Source of the DNA: the human T2T-CHM13v2.0 reference genome, Homo sapiens
Reading direction: 5' to 3' (one strand)
Length of the DNA stretch: 64,000 nucleotides
Assembly (NCBI RefSeq): GCF_009914755.1
Contig: NC_060940.1
This document shows positions 37,095 through 53,016 of this stretch, piece by piece. A model generated the notes under the pieces. It searched no databases. It was not told where the DNA came from and saw nothing but the letters and a program-made list of their open reading frames with translations. How positions within the stretch are numbered: the stretch's first letter is position 1; each line of letters begins with the position of its first letter. A program made the position numbers and the translations under genes.

Positions 37095-37620
37095 ACTTGT
37101 ATATTGAAAACTGCAAAGAAATGTTGAGAGATATTAAAGGAGACCTAAATAAATGGAAAGACATCCTATGTTTATGTAATCTATGTAAAAAATCCAACTA
37201 TCTTTGTTGCAGAAATTGACGAGCTGATTATAAAATGCACAGGAAAGGTTAGGGAACCAGGCTAGCCAAAACAACCTCGAAAAAGAACAGAACTGGACTC
37301 ACACTTTTCAATTTCAAAACTTACTGCAAAGCTACAATAATTAAAATAGTGTGGTTCTGGCATAAGGACAAGGAGATCGGTGAAACAGAATTAAGAGTAC
37401 AGAAATAAACCCACACATCTGTAATCAATCGATTTTCATGAATGTGCAAAGACAATTCAGGGGGAAAGGATAGTTTTCAACAAATAGTGCTGGGACAGCT
37501 GGATGTCCACATACAGAGGAATGAATCTGGACCCCTATTTCACACCATATACAAAAATTAATATGAAAGAGATCAAAGACCTATACCTATATGTAAGAGT
37601 TAAAAGTATAGAATTCTTTT
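37095..37620 (+). mobile_element. L1M ORF2 fragment
   Basis: gacctaaataaatggaaagacatcc, atttcaaaacttactgcaaagctacaataat, ttcaacaaatagtgctggga. Confidence 0.75.
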
Positions 37621-39374
37621 TTACTCCAAAAATTTATATATTTATTTTATATCAATTGAAAAGTAATAATATGTTATGATAGGGATGGAAAGATAGAAGA
37701 TATATTTTGTGGGAAGATTTTTGCAAATATGTATATATGGTATAAGGAAAAGGAAAATGGGATGACCTGGGATGTTGGAAGGTGCTCATTCGGTGTTCAA
37801 CTAAAAACAAGTGATTTAAAAACATGATCCATGGTGGTTGTCTTAGTTTAAGGTGCCACATGTTCATTCTTTTGCCAAGAAATTTACTTATTTTTGGAAA
37901 GAACCTGAGGATTTAATCCAAATTCAGCAAAATTCTGCAAACATTTTGGGAAAATTGTTCTCAGTGGAATACTTTAGGAAATGAAAGAAAAGGAAGAGTC
38001 AAATGTGACTATGGAGATTTGAATCTTCAGTAACTTAAAAAACAGTGGGCAGGTAGCTGGGTGGACCCATTCCAGATGGGCCTGGGCATCATTGTACAGT
38101 TGTGATTTTCTTGTAAACCACCATGACTCTCACTGGCTTGGATTAAAGAGGTTGCTCTGTTTTCACTAAAGCCTTCTGGCTATTATCACAACTCTGAGTT
38201 CTTCCCAAAGAGGAAAGTGATGTCTTTTCCAAATATCATGAGGCGGTTTTCAATGAGAAATTGTACAAGAGAAACCTTTTTTGTGAATTCTCTTTTTTAA
38301 AGTCAGAGTCATCACACTGGACTTTTTGTGAATGCATTTTCTAGTTTTGAGCTGCAGGAAGTGGACAGCTGAAGAATGCTTGGGGCTATACATGTTGATA
38401 AATTATAAGCTTTTATCTGATTGGATGAGGAATATTCAGTGTGTACACTCCAAAAAGGTATCTCAAGAGAACAACATTGGCAGCTGGTCTAAAAGCCTCT
38501 GGATAGCAATTATTTTCTCCTCTTCATTCCCTTGATGAATACACCAAGCCATTCATCATAGAGACTGGATGAAAATATACTTCCTTGGATATTCTTTCAT
38601 TTAAGAATGATGTTTCCAGAAGAATGGACTCAAATTGTCCAAGTTCACTTTATCTGCAGAATTTAGTTTCTCCTTTAGGGCTCGATATGATTTTATATTT
38701 GCCAATTTTCTGAAGATACCTTCTGTTGAGTGGCCCTTTTTGGTTGCTTTTTAAAAAGGCATATCCAGAGAGGGGTGGGTATGTTGTCATTCTCACAAAC
38801 ATCTGTGAGAGAAGCTCCAAAGAGCTGGCCTAGCTTTAAGGCTGGTAGAGTCATGCATAGGTTGTCCTGGCAAGTGTTAGACCCCTGCCAAAAGAAGGGC
38901 TCCTGAAAGATGGAAGGAGAGATGGAGTTCACTGTCCCTGTGGCAGGAGCATAATGGCTTGAGGATGGCTCATTTTAATTCTGTAAGAATGCTTGTGCCC
39001 AATGAGTGGACATGGGGCCTTTTTCATGCCAGAAGTGACCCACAGCTGGTAATCTTCAGAGCCCAAAATGTGGCCACGAAGTTCGCCATGGGCCAGCCCA
39101 AGAGAAGGGACCTCCCAGTAGAGATGTGGCCATTCCCCACTTTGTCCACATAGCTAGCTGTCCACAGGTTGTTCAGCACTATTTTATTTTTTATCTTAAA
39201 GGATTTCCTGCACTTGGTAGACAAAAGCAACAAATTGCTGAACAAAAAGAGATGCAGCTTCTGCCTCCTCCAGCCTCTGTTGAGTTGAGAATCAGCAGGG
39301 TAAGATCAGCACCCTCCAGTGATGTGGTTTTGTCATTGTGGGTGTCCATCTTGGAAAAAGGACTTTCCCTTAGT

Positions 39375-40425
39375 TAAAAATACATTATTGCTTAAACATG
39401 CTAACAGTCATCTGAACCTTCAGTGAGTTGTAAACTTCTTGCTGATGGAAGGTCTTGCCTCAGTCTTGATGGCTGCTGACTGATCAGGCTGATGGTTGCT
39501 GAAGATTGGAATGGCTGTGACACTTTCTCAAAATAAGACAACAATGAAGTTTGCCACATTGAAGGACTCTTCCTTTCACAATAGATTTCTCTGTAACACA
39601 TGATGCTGTTTGATAGCATTATACCCACATTAGAACTTTTCTCAAAATCAGAGTCAGTCCTCCCAAACCCTGCCACTGCTTTATCAGCTAAGTATGTGAA
39701 GCATTCTAAATCCTTTGTTGTCAACTCAATAATATTCACAGCTGTTTACCAGGGGTAAATTTCATCTCAAGAACCACTTTCTTTGCTCATCCATAAGAAT
39801 CAATTCCTCATCCATTCAAGTTTTATCTTGAGTTTACAGGAATTTAGTCTCATTTTATGGTCCACTTCTAATTCTAGTTCTTTTGCTATTTCCACCACAT
39901 CTGCTCACTCTTCTTCCATTGAAGTCTTGAACTCCTCACGCTTATCCATGACATTTGGAATCAGCTTCTTCCAAACTCCTGTTAGTATTGACATTTTGAC
40001 TTCCTCTCATGAATCTTGAATGTTCTTAGTGGCATCTAGAATGGCGAGTCCTTCCCTGATTTTCAGTTTACTTTGCTCAAATCCATCAGAGGAATCACTA
40101 TCTATGGCAGCTGTTGCCTTGCAAGACATTTCTTAAATAATAAAACTTGAAAGTAAAATTAATCCTTGATCCATGGAACTGCAGAATGAATGTTGTGTTA
40201 GTAGAAATGAAAACATTAATCTCCTTGTGCATCTCCATTAGAGCTCTTGGATAACCAGGTATATTGTCAATAAGTAGTAATATTTTCAAGGGAATCATTT
40301 TTTTCTGAGCATCAGGTCTTACCAGTGGGCTTAAAATATTCAGGAAACCATGCTGTAAAAAGATGTGCTGTCATTCAGACTTTGTTGTTCCATTTCTAGA
40401 GCATAGAGTAGGTTTAACATTCTTT
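39375..40425 (-). mobile_element. Tigger1 DNA transposon fragment (TcMar-Tigger transposase remnants)
   Basis: ORF 40098-40298 KILLLIDNIPGYPRALMEMHKEINVF (DDE region) and ORF 39401-39739 ending QDLPSARSLQLTEGSDD match the Tigger1 transposase. Confidence 0.88.
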
Positions 40426-41763
40426 CTTAATATTTGAACCCTACTTTCTTTTTTTCTTTTTCCTTTTAAAATTGTATTTCTATTTAGGGATACAAATGGT
40501 TTTTGGTTACATGGATGAATTTTATACTGAGGAAGTCTGGGCGTTAAGGGTACCCATCACCCAAATAATGTACATTGTACTCAGTATGTAATTATTTATC
40601 CCTCAGCCCCCTCTCACCCTCCAGTCTTCTGAGCCTCCAGTGTCCCCTATACCATTCTGTATGCCTTTGTGTACCCTTCATTTAGCTCCCACTTGCAAGG
40701 GAGAAGATGTGGCATTTGGTTTTTCATTCCTGAGATACTTCACCTAGGATAAGGCCCCCAATTGCATCCAGATTGCTGCAAAAGACATTATTTCATTCTT
40801 TTTTTTTTTTTTTTTTTTGGCTGAGTAGCAATCCATGGTGTGTGTGTGTTTGTCACATTTTTTTTTAATCCACTTATGGGTTGATAGGCACTTAAGTTGA
40901 TTCTATGTCTTTATAATTTTGAATTATGCTGTGATAAATATACACATGCAGGTATCTTTTTTATATAATGACTTTTTTTCCTTTGGTAGATACCCAGTAG
41001 TGGGATTGCTGGATTGAATGGTAGATCTACTTTTAGTTCTTGGAGAAATTTCCATACTGTCTTTCATAAATATCGTACTAACTTTCATTCCCATCAATAG
41101 TGTATAAGTGTTCCCGTTTCACTGCATCCACACCAACATCTGTTGTTTTTTGACTTTTTAATAATGGTAATTCTGGCTGGAGTAAGGAGGTATCTCACTG
41201 TGGTTTTAATATGCATTTCCCTGATGATTACTGACATTAGTGGCATTTTTTTCATGTTGGTTGGCCATTTGTGTATCTTTTGAGAAATGTCTGCTCTTGT
41301 CGTTTGCCCACTTTTTAATGGGATTTTTTCCTTTCTTGCTGATTTGCTTGAGTTCCTTATGGACTCTGTAGATACCCTGTAGTGGGATTGCTGGATCCAT
41401 TGGTGGTTTAGTTACATGTCATTTACAGGTTTTTGTTACATTTGCTTTTGGGGTCTTAGTCATAAGTTCTTTGCCTAGGCCAATGTCCAGAAGAGTTTTT
41501 CCAGGTTTTCTTCTAGAATTTTTATGATTTCAGGTTTTAGACTTATGTCTTTAATCCATCTTGAGTTAATTTTTGTATATAGTGAAAGATAGGAATCCAT
41601 TTTCATTCTTTGCATGTTGTTGTTCAATTTTCCCAGCACCATTTATTGAATGGAGTATTCTTTCCCCAGTGTGTGTTTTTATGTGCTTTGCTAAAGATGA
41701 GTTGGTTTTAGGTATTTGGCTTATTTCTGGGCTGTTTATTCTGTTCCATTGGTCTGTGTGTCT

Positions 41764-43758
41764 TTTTTTTTTTTTCCCCCAGGAGATGGTGAGTTTTATT
41801 TTGTCTTGTCTGGATAGAGGTTTGATTTGCTCTCTAATGTTCCAGGGTGCAGAGAAAGTAGGAGAAAGCACAGGATGTTGAGGTCTATTTGGTGTAATCT
41901 TCTCCCTCGTTTTCATTTTCACCATCAACGGAGACAGCAGCATACTTGCTTGCAGAACTGAACTTGGAAGCTAGATTTTCCTTGGGTTTATATGGCTCAG
42001 GTGCAGATCTGGACTCTTGATCCTTTTTGCCATCTTTCCTATCTGACTCCGTTCAGTGGTCTTTGTTCCCTCTGTCTCCTGGACCATGGCTAGAGTTCCC
42101 AGTTTGGTCTTTGGGGACATTCATCCCATCTACTTTATTTTCATCTTTTCTTGCTGTTCCTTCCTCAGATGGTTGAGCTGGAGCTACTTTTCCCCCACCA
42201 CTTGTAGGGATTGCTGCTCTGTATCTGAGCTCTGTGATAGAGCAGGAGGGTTAGAACTTCACTTCACCCAAGCATTCTCCTTTGGTGGAGGGGCTGGCAT
42301 TACCTTTAGGGGCTGATCAGGTTTGGGAGTTTTAGAAGTTGGAGAGTGACAGTCTTCCTCCTTATTGAGTGTTTCATTTTCTAAAGACTTCTCACTCTCC
42401 CTCGTGCATTTCTGCCGGATGTGGCAGAGGTCCCGGTCTGTGATGACTCACTTCCTGTCCTCGACCATCCCTGTTCCTGAGTTTCTTCACTTTGCCAGTT
42501 TGGGTGTCTCTCCCGAGGCCATCGTTCTAGTTTTGGCTCATCCAGCTGATGCTGCAACTTCTCTTGTTCCTTCTGTAGCTGTTCTACTTCTCTTTCTCTA
42601 GCAGCTGTGTCAATGGGCTTTGTCCCTCCAAAGACAGAAGCAGCTTGACTGGACTGGGAGGTACTAGCAGAGGAATTATCTTCCTTAGGAGTACTCTGAG
42701 GCTTTAGATTCAGTTTGGGTCTTTGTGGGGGACCTCTATCATCACGCCTATAATCATCCCAAGAGTAATCATCTCTGGAGCTCTATGACCGATCATCCCG
42801 TCTGTTGGATCAGTCTTCATCACAGTCCTCACCTCCTCTGTAGTCATCATCCCTGTGGTACCCACTGCCAAATGCTTTTTTGCCATTGCCTATCTGGGAA
42901 TCATAGCCTCTATCATAATCTCTGCTGCCTTGGTCATCATAGCGATCCCAGTCGCCGTATCAATCCATATCCCTGCATGGGCCATCCCAATACTCATCAC
43001 AATACCAATCTGAATCATAACGATCTCGATACTTGTCTCCAAAGCTATCATCACCTCTTCTAGGTGAGTAGTCATCAAAGCTGTCTGTGGCAGGACGAGC
43101 CCTTCAGTCTGTATCTGTTTTGTCATAATCCCAATTTCTATCACAGCCAGAAGAATGATCATTCCTGTCTTTATCCTGTGCTTGATCAGCAACGTCCACT
43201 CAAATTCTCCTGTTACCTAGAGACTCTTCATTGAGACTCAGGGCACTGAGCAGGGAATCCAGGTCCTCAAATTCAGCATAACCAAAACCTTTCAACTTCT
43301 CTGGATTGCTGGGTTCACGTGGTAAAAGCACTGCACTGATATTTAGTCCTCTAAAGAATTCTTTAATGTACTCTTCTGTCACATCATAGGGTAGGTTCCC
43401 TAGAAAAGCAATGTAGGGTGACAATTTGGGAAGATGGCTCCAGTCGATATTGGGTTCCCAAGCAGCCCCTGGAGCAGTGGGAAGGATGGAACGGTCAATT
43501 GGAGGTGCCCTATACACATCTTCATCATTACTGTTCCAAGTTGTTGAAATATCTCCTTCCAGGTCATCTGTTTCATGAGCCCAGCTGACTGGTTTGGAAA
43601 CATAAGTGCTTCCTCCACCAGTCCCTCCATCCTCAGCCAGAGAGTCTGTTAGGGAGAGAGTCTTCCCCTTCTTATTCTTCTTTTTTGCTTAGTTCTTGAA
43701 GGTCAATAATGGGTCACACTGGAAACTGGTATTGTTGAGGCTGCCATGTTGGGAGAGG
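41764..43758 (-). pseudogene. EIF4BP5: EIF4B processed pseudogene (probably EIF4BP5), antisense in the PHKB intron and nested in an L1PB element
   Basis: Intronless. ATG at 43747 in EIF4B-like context ctctcccaacATGGC. RRM ORF 43200-43517 (AFLGNLPYDVTEE...KGFGYAEFEDLDSL), decayed DRYG-repeat region, C-terminal stop at 41885-41887, AATAAA at 41795-41800, poly(A) 41764-41775. TSD tgtgtgtct at 41755-41763 and 43762-43770. Several stops and frameshifts. The BP5 number is from memory. Confidence 0.93.
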
Positions 43759-46413
43759 CTTTGTGTGTCTATTTTTGTACTGTTTTAGTTACTATAGCCT
43801 TGTAGTATAATTTTAAGTCAGGTAATGTGATATCTCCAGATTTCTTCTTTTTGCTTTGGATTACTTTGACTATTCAGGATGGTTTTTGGTTGCATATGAA
43901 CCTTAGGATTGTTTTTTTCTAAATCTGTGAAAAAATGACCTTAGTATTTTGATAGGAGTTGCATTGAATCTATAGATTGCTTTGGGCAGTATTGTCAGTT
44001 TCACAATATTGATTCTTCCAATCCCTGAGCATGGCATGTTTTTCCATTTGTGTCATCTTTGATTTCTTTCGTCACTGTTTTGTAGTTCTTTTTTTTTTCT
44101 TCGCAACTATTGTAAATGGGATTGAGTTATTGATTTGATTCTCAGCTTGTTCGTTATTGATACATAGCAGTGCTATGGATTTGTGTACTTTGATTTTGTA
44201 ACCTGAGACATTACTGAATTTATAAAATCTGGGAGTCTTTTAGAGGAGTCTTTAGAGTTTTCTAGGTGTAAAATCAGAGATATAAAAAGAGATAGTTTGA
44301 CTTCCTCTTTTTCAATTTACATGCCCTTTATTTCTGTCTTTTGCCTGATTGCTCTGGCTAGGACTTCCAGTGCTATGTTGAATAGAAGTGATGAAAGCAG
44401 GCATTCTTGTCTTGTTCTAGTTCTTAGGCGGAAAGGCTTTCACCTTCTCCCTATTCAATATGATGTTGGCTGTGGATTTGTCTTATTTTGGCTTTTGTAA
44501 TTTTAAGGTATATTTCTTCTATGCCTAGTTTGTTCAAGGTTTTTATCATGAAGGGATGCTGGATTTTATCGAATGCTTTTTCCGCATCTTTTAAAATAAT
44601 CGTATGGTTTCTGTTTTTTATTCTGTTTATGTGATGAATCAATTTATTGACTTGCATTTGTTGAACCATCCTTGTATCCCTGGGATGAAGCCCAGTTGAT
44701 CAGGTTGAATTATCTTTTCAACGCGCTGTTGGATTCAGTTTGCTAGTATTTTATTGAGGCTTTTTGCATCTGTATTTATTAGGAATTTTGGTCTGTATTT
44801 CTTTATTGTTGTTGTTATGTCCTTTCCTTGCTTTGGTATCAGGGTGATACCGACTTTGTAGAATGAGTGAGGGAATCCTGCTCTGTCTTTTGGAATAGTT
44901 TTACTAGGATTGGTACCAGTTATTTGAAATGTCTGGTAGAATTCAGCTGTGAATATGTCTGATCCTAGTCTTTATCTTGTTGGGAGATGTTTTGTTACTG
45001 ATTGAATCTCACTCCTTGTTACTGATCAGCTCAAGATTTCTTTATCTTTTTGATTCAAGCTTAGGAGGTTGTGTGTTTCTAGGAATCTATCCATTTCCTG
45101 TAGATTTTCTAGCTTGTGCACATAGAAGTGTTCATAGTAGTCTTGCATGATCTTTTGTATTTCTGCAGTATCAGTTATAATGTCTGCATTTTCATTTCTG
45201 ATTCAGTTTGTTTGAATCTTCTCTCTTCTTTTCTTGATTAGCTAGTGGTCTGTCATTTTTGTTTATGTTTTCAAAGAACCAACCTGTTGTTTCATTGATC
45301 TTTTGTATTGTCTTTTGGTTTCAATTTCATTTAGTTCTACTCTGATCTCTCTTGTTTTTCTTCTGCTAGCTTTGGGTTTGGTTTGTTGTTTCTCTGGTTT
45401 CTTGAGGTGTGACATTATGTTGCCAGTCTTTGATCTTTCTGTCTTTTTGATGTAGGCATTTAGCATTATAAACTTTTCTCATAGCGCTGCTTTTGCTGTA
45501 TCCCAGGAATTTGGGTAACTTGTGTCACTGTTATTATTCATTTCAAAATTTTTTAAAATTTCATCTTGATTATATTGTTGACTCAAAAATCATTCAGGAG
45601 CATATGGTTTAATTTTCATGTATTTGTGTAGTTTTGAGAGTTCCCCTTAGAATTAATTTCTAGTTTTGTTCTGCTGTAGTCTAAGAAGATACTTGGTATG
45701 ATTTTGATTTTTTAAATTTATTGCGATTTGTGTTGTGTCCTGTTATATGGTCTATCTTGGAAAATGTTCCATGTGCTGATGAGAATGTATACCCTGCAGT
45801 TTTCAGGTAGAATGTTCTGTGAATGTCTGTTAGGTCCATTTGTTTTAGAGTCCAGTTTATGTCCAGTGTTTCTTTGTTGACATTCTACCTCAGTGATCTA
45901 TGTAGTGCTGTCAATGAAGTGTTGAAGTCTCCTACTATTATTGTCTTGCTGTCTACCTCTCTTCTTAGGTCTAGCAGAATTTGTTTGATGACTATGGGTG
46001 CTCCAGTGTTAGCTGCATATGTATTTAGAATTATTATATCTTCTTGTTGAATTGTTCTGTTATAATATAATGACTTTCTTTGTCTTTTTATTTAAAGTCT
46101 GTTTTTTCTCATATAAAATAGCTACTCCTGCTCTCTTTTGGTGTCCATTCATGTGTAATATATTTTTTTCCATATCTTTCCTTGACTCTACAAGAATCTT
46201 TCTATGGGTTAGGTGGGTCTCTTGAAGGCAGCAGATGTTTGGTCTGTGTTTTTTAAAATCCATTCTGCCAATCTGTATCTTTTAAGTGGGGCATTACACC
46301 ATTTACATTCGAAAATAGTATTGATATGGAGCTACTCTTGCAGTCATCATATTGATTGTTACCTAGTTGCTTTGTTTTCTTTACTGTGTTATTGTTATAA
46401 GCCCTTTCATTTA

Positions 46414-46739
<326 letters not shown>

Positions 46740-49319
46740 TAGATGTTTAGAACTCCATTGAGCATTTCTTATAGAGCTGGCCTACTGGTGACGGATTCCC
46801 TCAGCATTTGCTTTTCTTTGAAAGTCTTTATTTTGCCTTCATTTCTTAAACTTAGTTTTGCTCTGTGCAGAATTCTTGTCTGACAGCTCTTCTGTTTGAG
46901 GAGACTAAAGATAGGACCTGAATCCCTTCTGCCTTACAAGATTTCAGCTGAGAAGTTAGTCTGATAGTTTTTCCTTTATCATTTATTTGATGCTTTTATC
47001 TCACTGCCCTTAGAATTCTTGCCTTTGCATTGGCTTTAGATAGCCTGATGACCATATGCCTTGGTGATCTCCTTTTTTCAATGAATCTCCCAGGAGTTTT
47101 TTGAGCTTCTGGTATTTGGATGTCTAAATCTCTAGCAAGATTAGGAAAGTTTTTGTCAGTTATTCCTTGAAGTAGGTTTTCTAAACTTTTTGCTTTTTCT
47201 TCTCCCTGAGGAACAACTTTGATTCTTAGATTTGGATGTTTTACATGGTCCCGTATTTCTTGGAGATTTTATTTGTTTCTTTGTATTCTTTTTCCTTAAT
47301 TTTTGTCTGACTGGTTTAATTTGAAAGCCTTGCCTTCAGACTCTGAAATTCTTTCTTCTACTTGATCCAGTCTGTTGTTAAAAATTTCCACTGCATTTTG
47401 TAACTCCCTAAATGAGTCCTTCATTTCCAGAAGTTCTGTTTTTTTTTTAATATCGACCTCTCTAGAAAATTTCATTCATATCCTGTATTTTTTTTTTATT
47501 TCTTTATATTGGTTTTCAACTTTCTCTTGGATCTCATTGAGTAACTTTATAATGAATATTTTGACTTCTTTATCTGGTATTTCAAAGATTTAATTTTGTT
47601 TTGGATCCATTGCTGGAGAGTTAGTATGTATTGGGGAGGGGGTAGTATTGTAAATAAAACTGTTTTTTCATATTGCCAGAATTATTTTTCTGGTTTCTTC
47701 CCATCTGGATAAACTATTTTTTATTATTATTATTGAATTTACTTTTGATTTGACTGGGTTCTTTTTTTTTCCCCCGTTAAGGATGTGACTTTAATGTGTA
47801 TCATTTGTAATCACCTAGCTTCAGCTCTGGGTGCTTTCAGTGGCAAAGTCTCTGTTGAGTTTCTTGGTTATAGAGAATCTGTGTGTGATGGCTTTCTCAG
47901 GTGCTGGTTTTAGTAGTAGTGTACTTAGTGTGTGGGAAGGTTCACTGTCTCCTGTGGGGCCAGAGTGGCAGAGATCTCAGGAAGCTTATCTTGTTCCCCA
48001 GTAGTGTGTACTACTCTCCTCCCCAAGTCTTTTTTTCACTAGGGTAGAATACTTCAGCCTTTAGGCCAGTAGGAGGCACCCATGGGTGAAAACCAGCTGC
48101 AGCTGAAGCAGGTGGTGGGTATATGCAGTACCCCAGTGGTGGACAAAAGTCTCAACCTTGACAGAGGCAGCTGGGGGCAGGGAGCTCCCAGTGAAATGCA
48201 CTGAGGTCTTCACTGTGGGAGGGGAGGGAGCCACCTCAGCTTCACTACCAGGCCAGCAGGAAAGCAACCTCCCTGTCGTTCCCCCTCATCCCTATATTCT
48301 GGACATTTAGATCAGACAAGCACCTCTGTCCATCTGCAGGAACACTGACATTCCATATCCAGAGACAGTGGGACTCTATCTCTCATGAAAGCCTGAGCCC
48401 AGAGGGCACTCCTCCCAAGGCGATGCAGTCACCCCAAAGTGCTTGAGAAAGGTCCTCCATAGGTCTACTCTCACTGAGCTCCTGTGGGAGAAGGCCCAGC
48501 TGTATCTGCGTTGTTGAACAAGAGGGAGAGAAGCCCCTTCACAAGTACCGGGGCTCCTCCACTGCTAGAGTAGAACCTTAGTCTTTCCCCACGGAGCCCA
48601 GTACTGCACCTGTTCCTCTGCTGAAAGAAACTTCCCATAGGCAGGAAGTTGTGGTACTCAAGGTTCATACTTTGGTTTCTTTTGTCCCAAGGGGTGTTCC
48701 CTTTGTGTGGTGCACTCCCCATTCCCATGGGAATGGTGATCTATGCGGGCCAGACTACTGTGAATCCAGCTGCTTATCTGGGTTTAGCCACCTCAGGGAC
48801 TGCCACAATCCAGGCCTGTGCTGGAGAATCTTGGCAAGGGATATAGTCATGGGGAAGACACAAGGGCTGAAGGTCCTCAAGCAAAACAAATGATCCACAA
48901 TGGGTGCACACCCAGTATGTTGCCTGCTACTACAGCTCAGGACCAGAGGGAAAGGGAGGGGACTTTGTGTGAGCAAGGACCCAAGAAGTCCCCAGATTGC
49001 AGCCCACTCCAGCATTTGGACTCATGAGGGCAGCGAAGCTCTCCTTGAGTTTGGATACCAGCAGTCAAAGGCTAGAGAATACCCTTTCCACAGAATACTT
49101 GAGTCTCTCAGGGTTTGATACTCTTCCAGCTTCTTGTTACTTTCTCTTATGTGCATGTTGTGGATTCTTCCAGTGAATTCTCCGATGGACTCCAGCCCTC
49201 TCCCTGTAACACTCTATTTGGGATGTGACTATTTATTTATGATTTTGTTTCTTTCTTCTGAGGTGAATTGGTTACTAGCATCTATAGTCAACCATCTGGA
49301 GAAGCTCTGGAGAAGCTCT

Positions 49320-51342
<2,023 letters not shown>

Positions 51343-51664
51343 GCCTGGGTAGTTTATAAAGAAAAGAGGTTTATTTGGCTCACAGTTTTGCAGGCTGTAT
51401 ATACAAGAAGCTCAGGACAGAAGACTAAGTGGAACTGGAGTATAGAAATCACATGACAAGAGAGGGAATAATAGGTGCCAGGTTCTTTTCAACAACCAGT
51501 TCTCACGGGAACTCAGACTAAGAACTCACTCAATCCCATGGGAATGACACCAAGCCATTCATGAGGATCCTGACACCTCCCACCTTGCCACACCTCCAAC
51601 ATTGGGGATCAGATTTCAACATGAGACTTGGCAGGATCAAACAAACCACATTCAAATCATAGCA
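51343..51664 (-). mobile_element. MST/THE1-type MaLR LTR, partial
   Basis: ctgggtagtttataaagaaaagaggtttatttggctcacag ... cacctccaacattggggatcagatttcaacatgaga. Confidence 0.8.
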
Positions 51665-51877
51665 TATGTCATCTGCAAAGAAACAGTTTCATTTCTACCT
51701 TTCTCAGCTATATTCTTTTTATTTCCTTTTCTTGCCCTATTTTACCACATAGAACTTCCAGTACTATGTTAGTCATGGTGAGAGCAGACATTTTTGTTTT
51801 GAGAGGGAGCATTCAGTTTTTCTTTCACCATCAAGTAGAGTTAGCTGTAGAAGTTTTGTAAATCAAATTGCAGAATT

Positions 51878-52998
<1,121 letters not shown>

Positions 52999-53016
52999 AG
53001 ACACATCATTAAAGAA

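Noticed and set aside
43200-43517. Intact RRM ORF as a functional retrogene
   Set aside because: It is bounded by premature stops, there is no open frame from the ATG at 43747, downstream frameshifts are present, and no promoter is evident.
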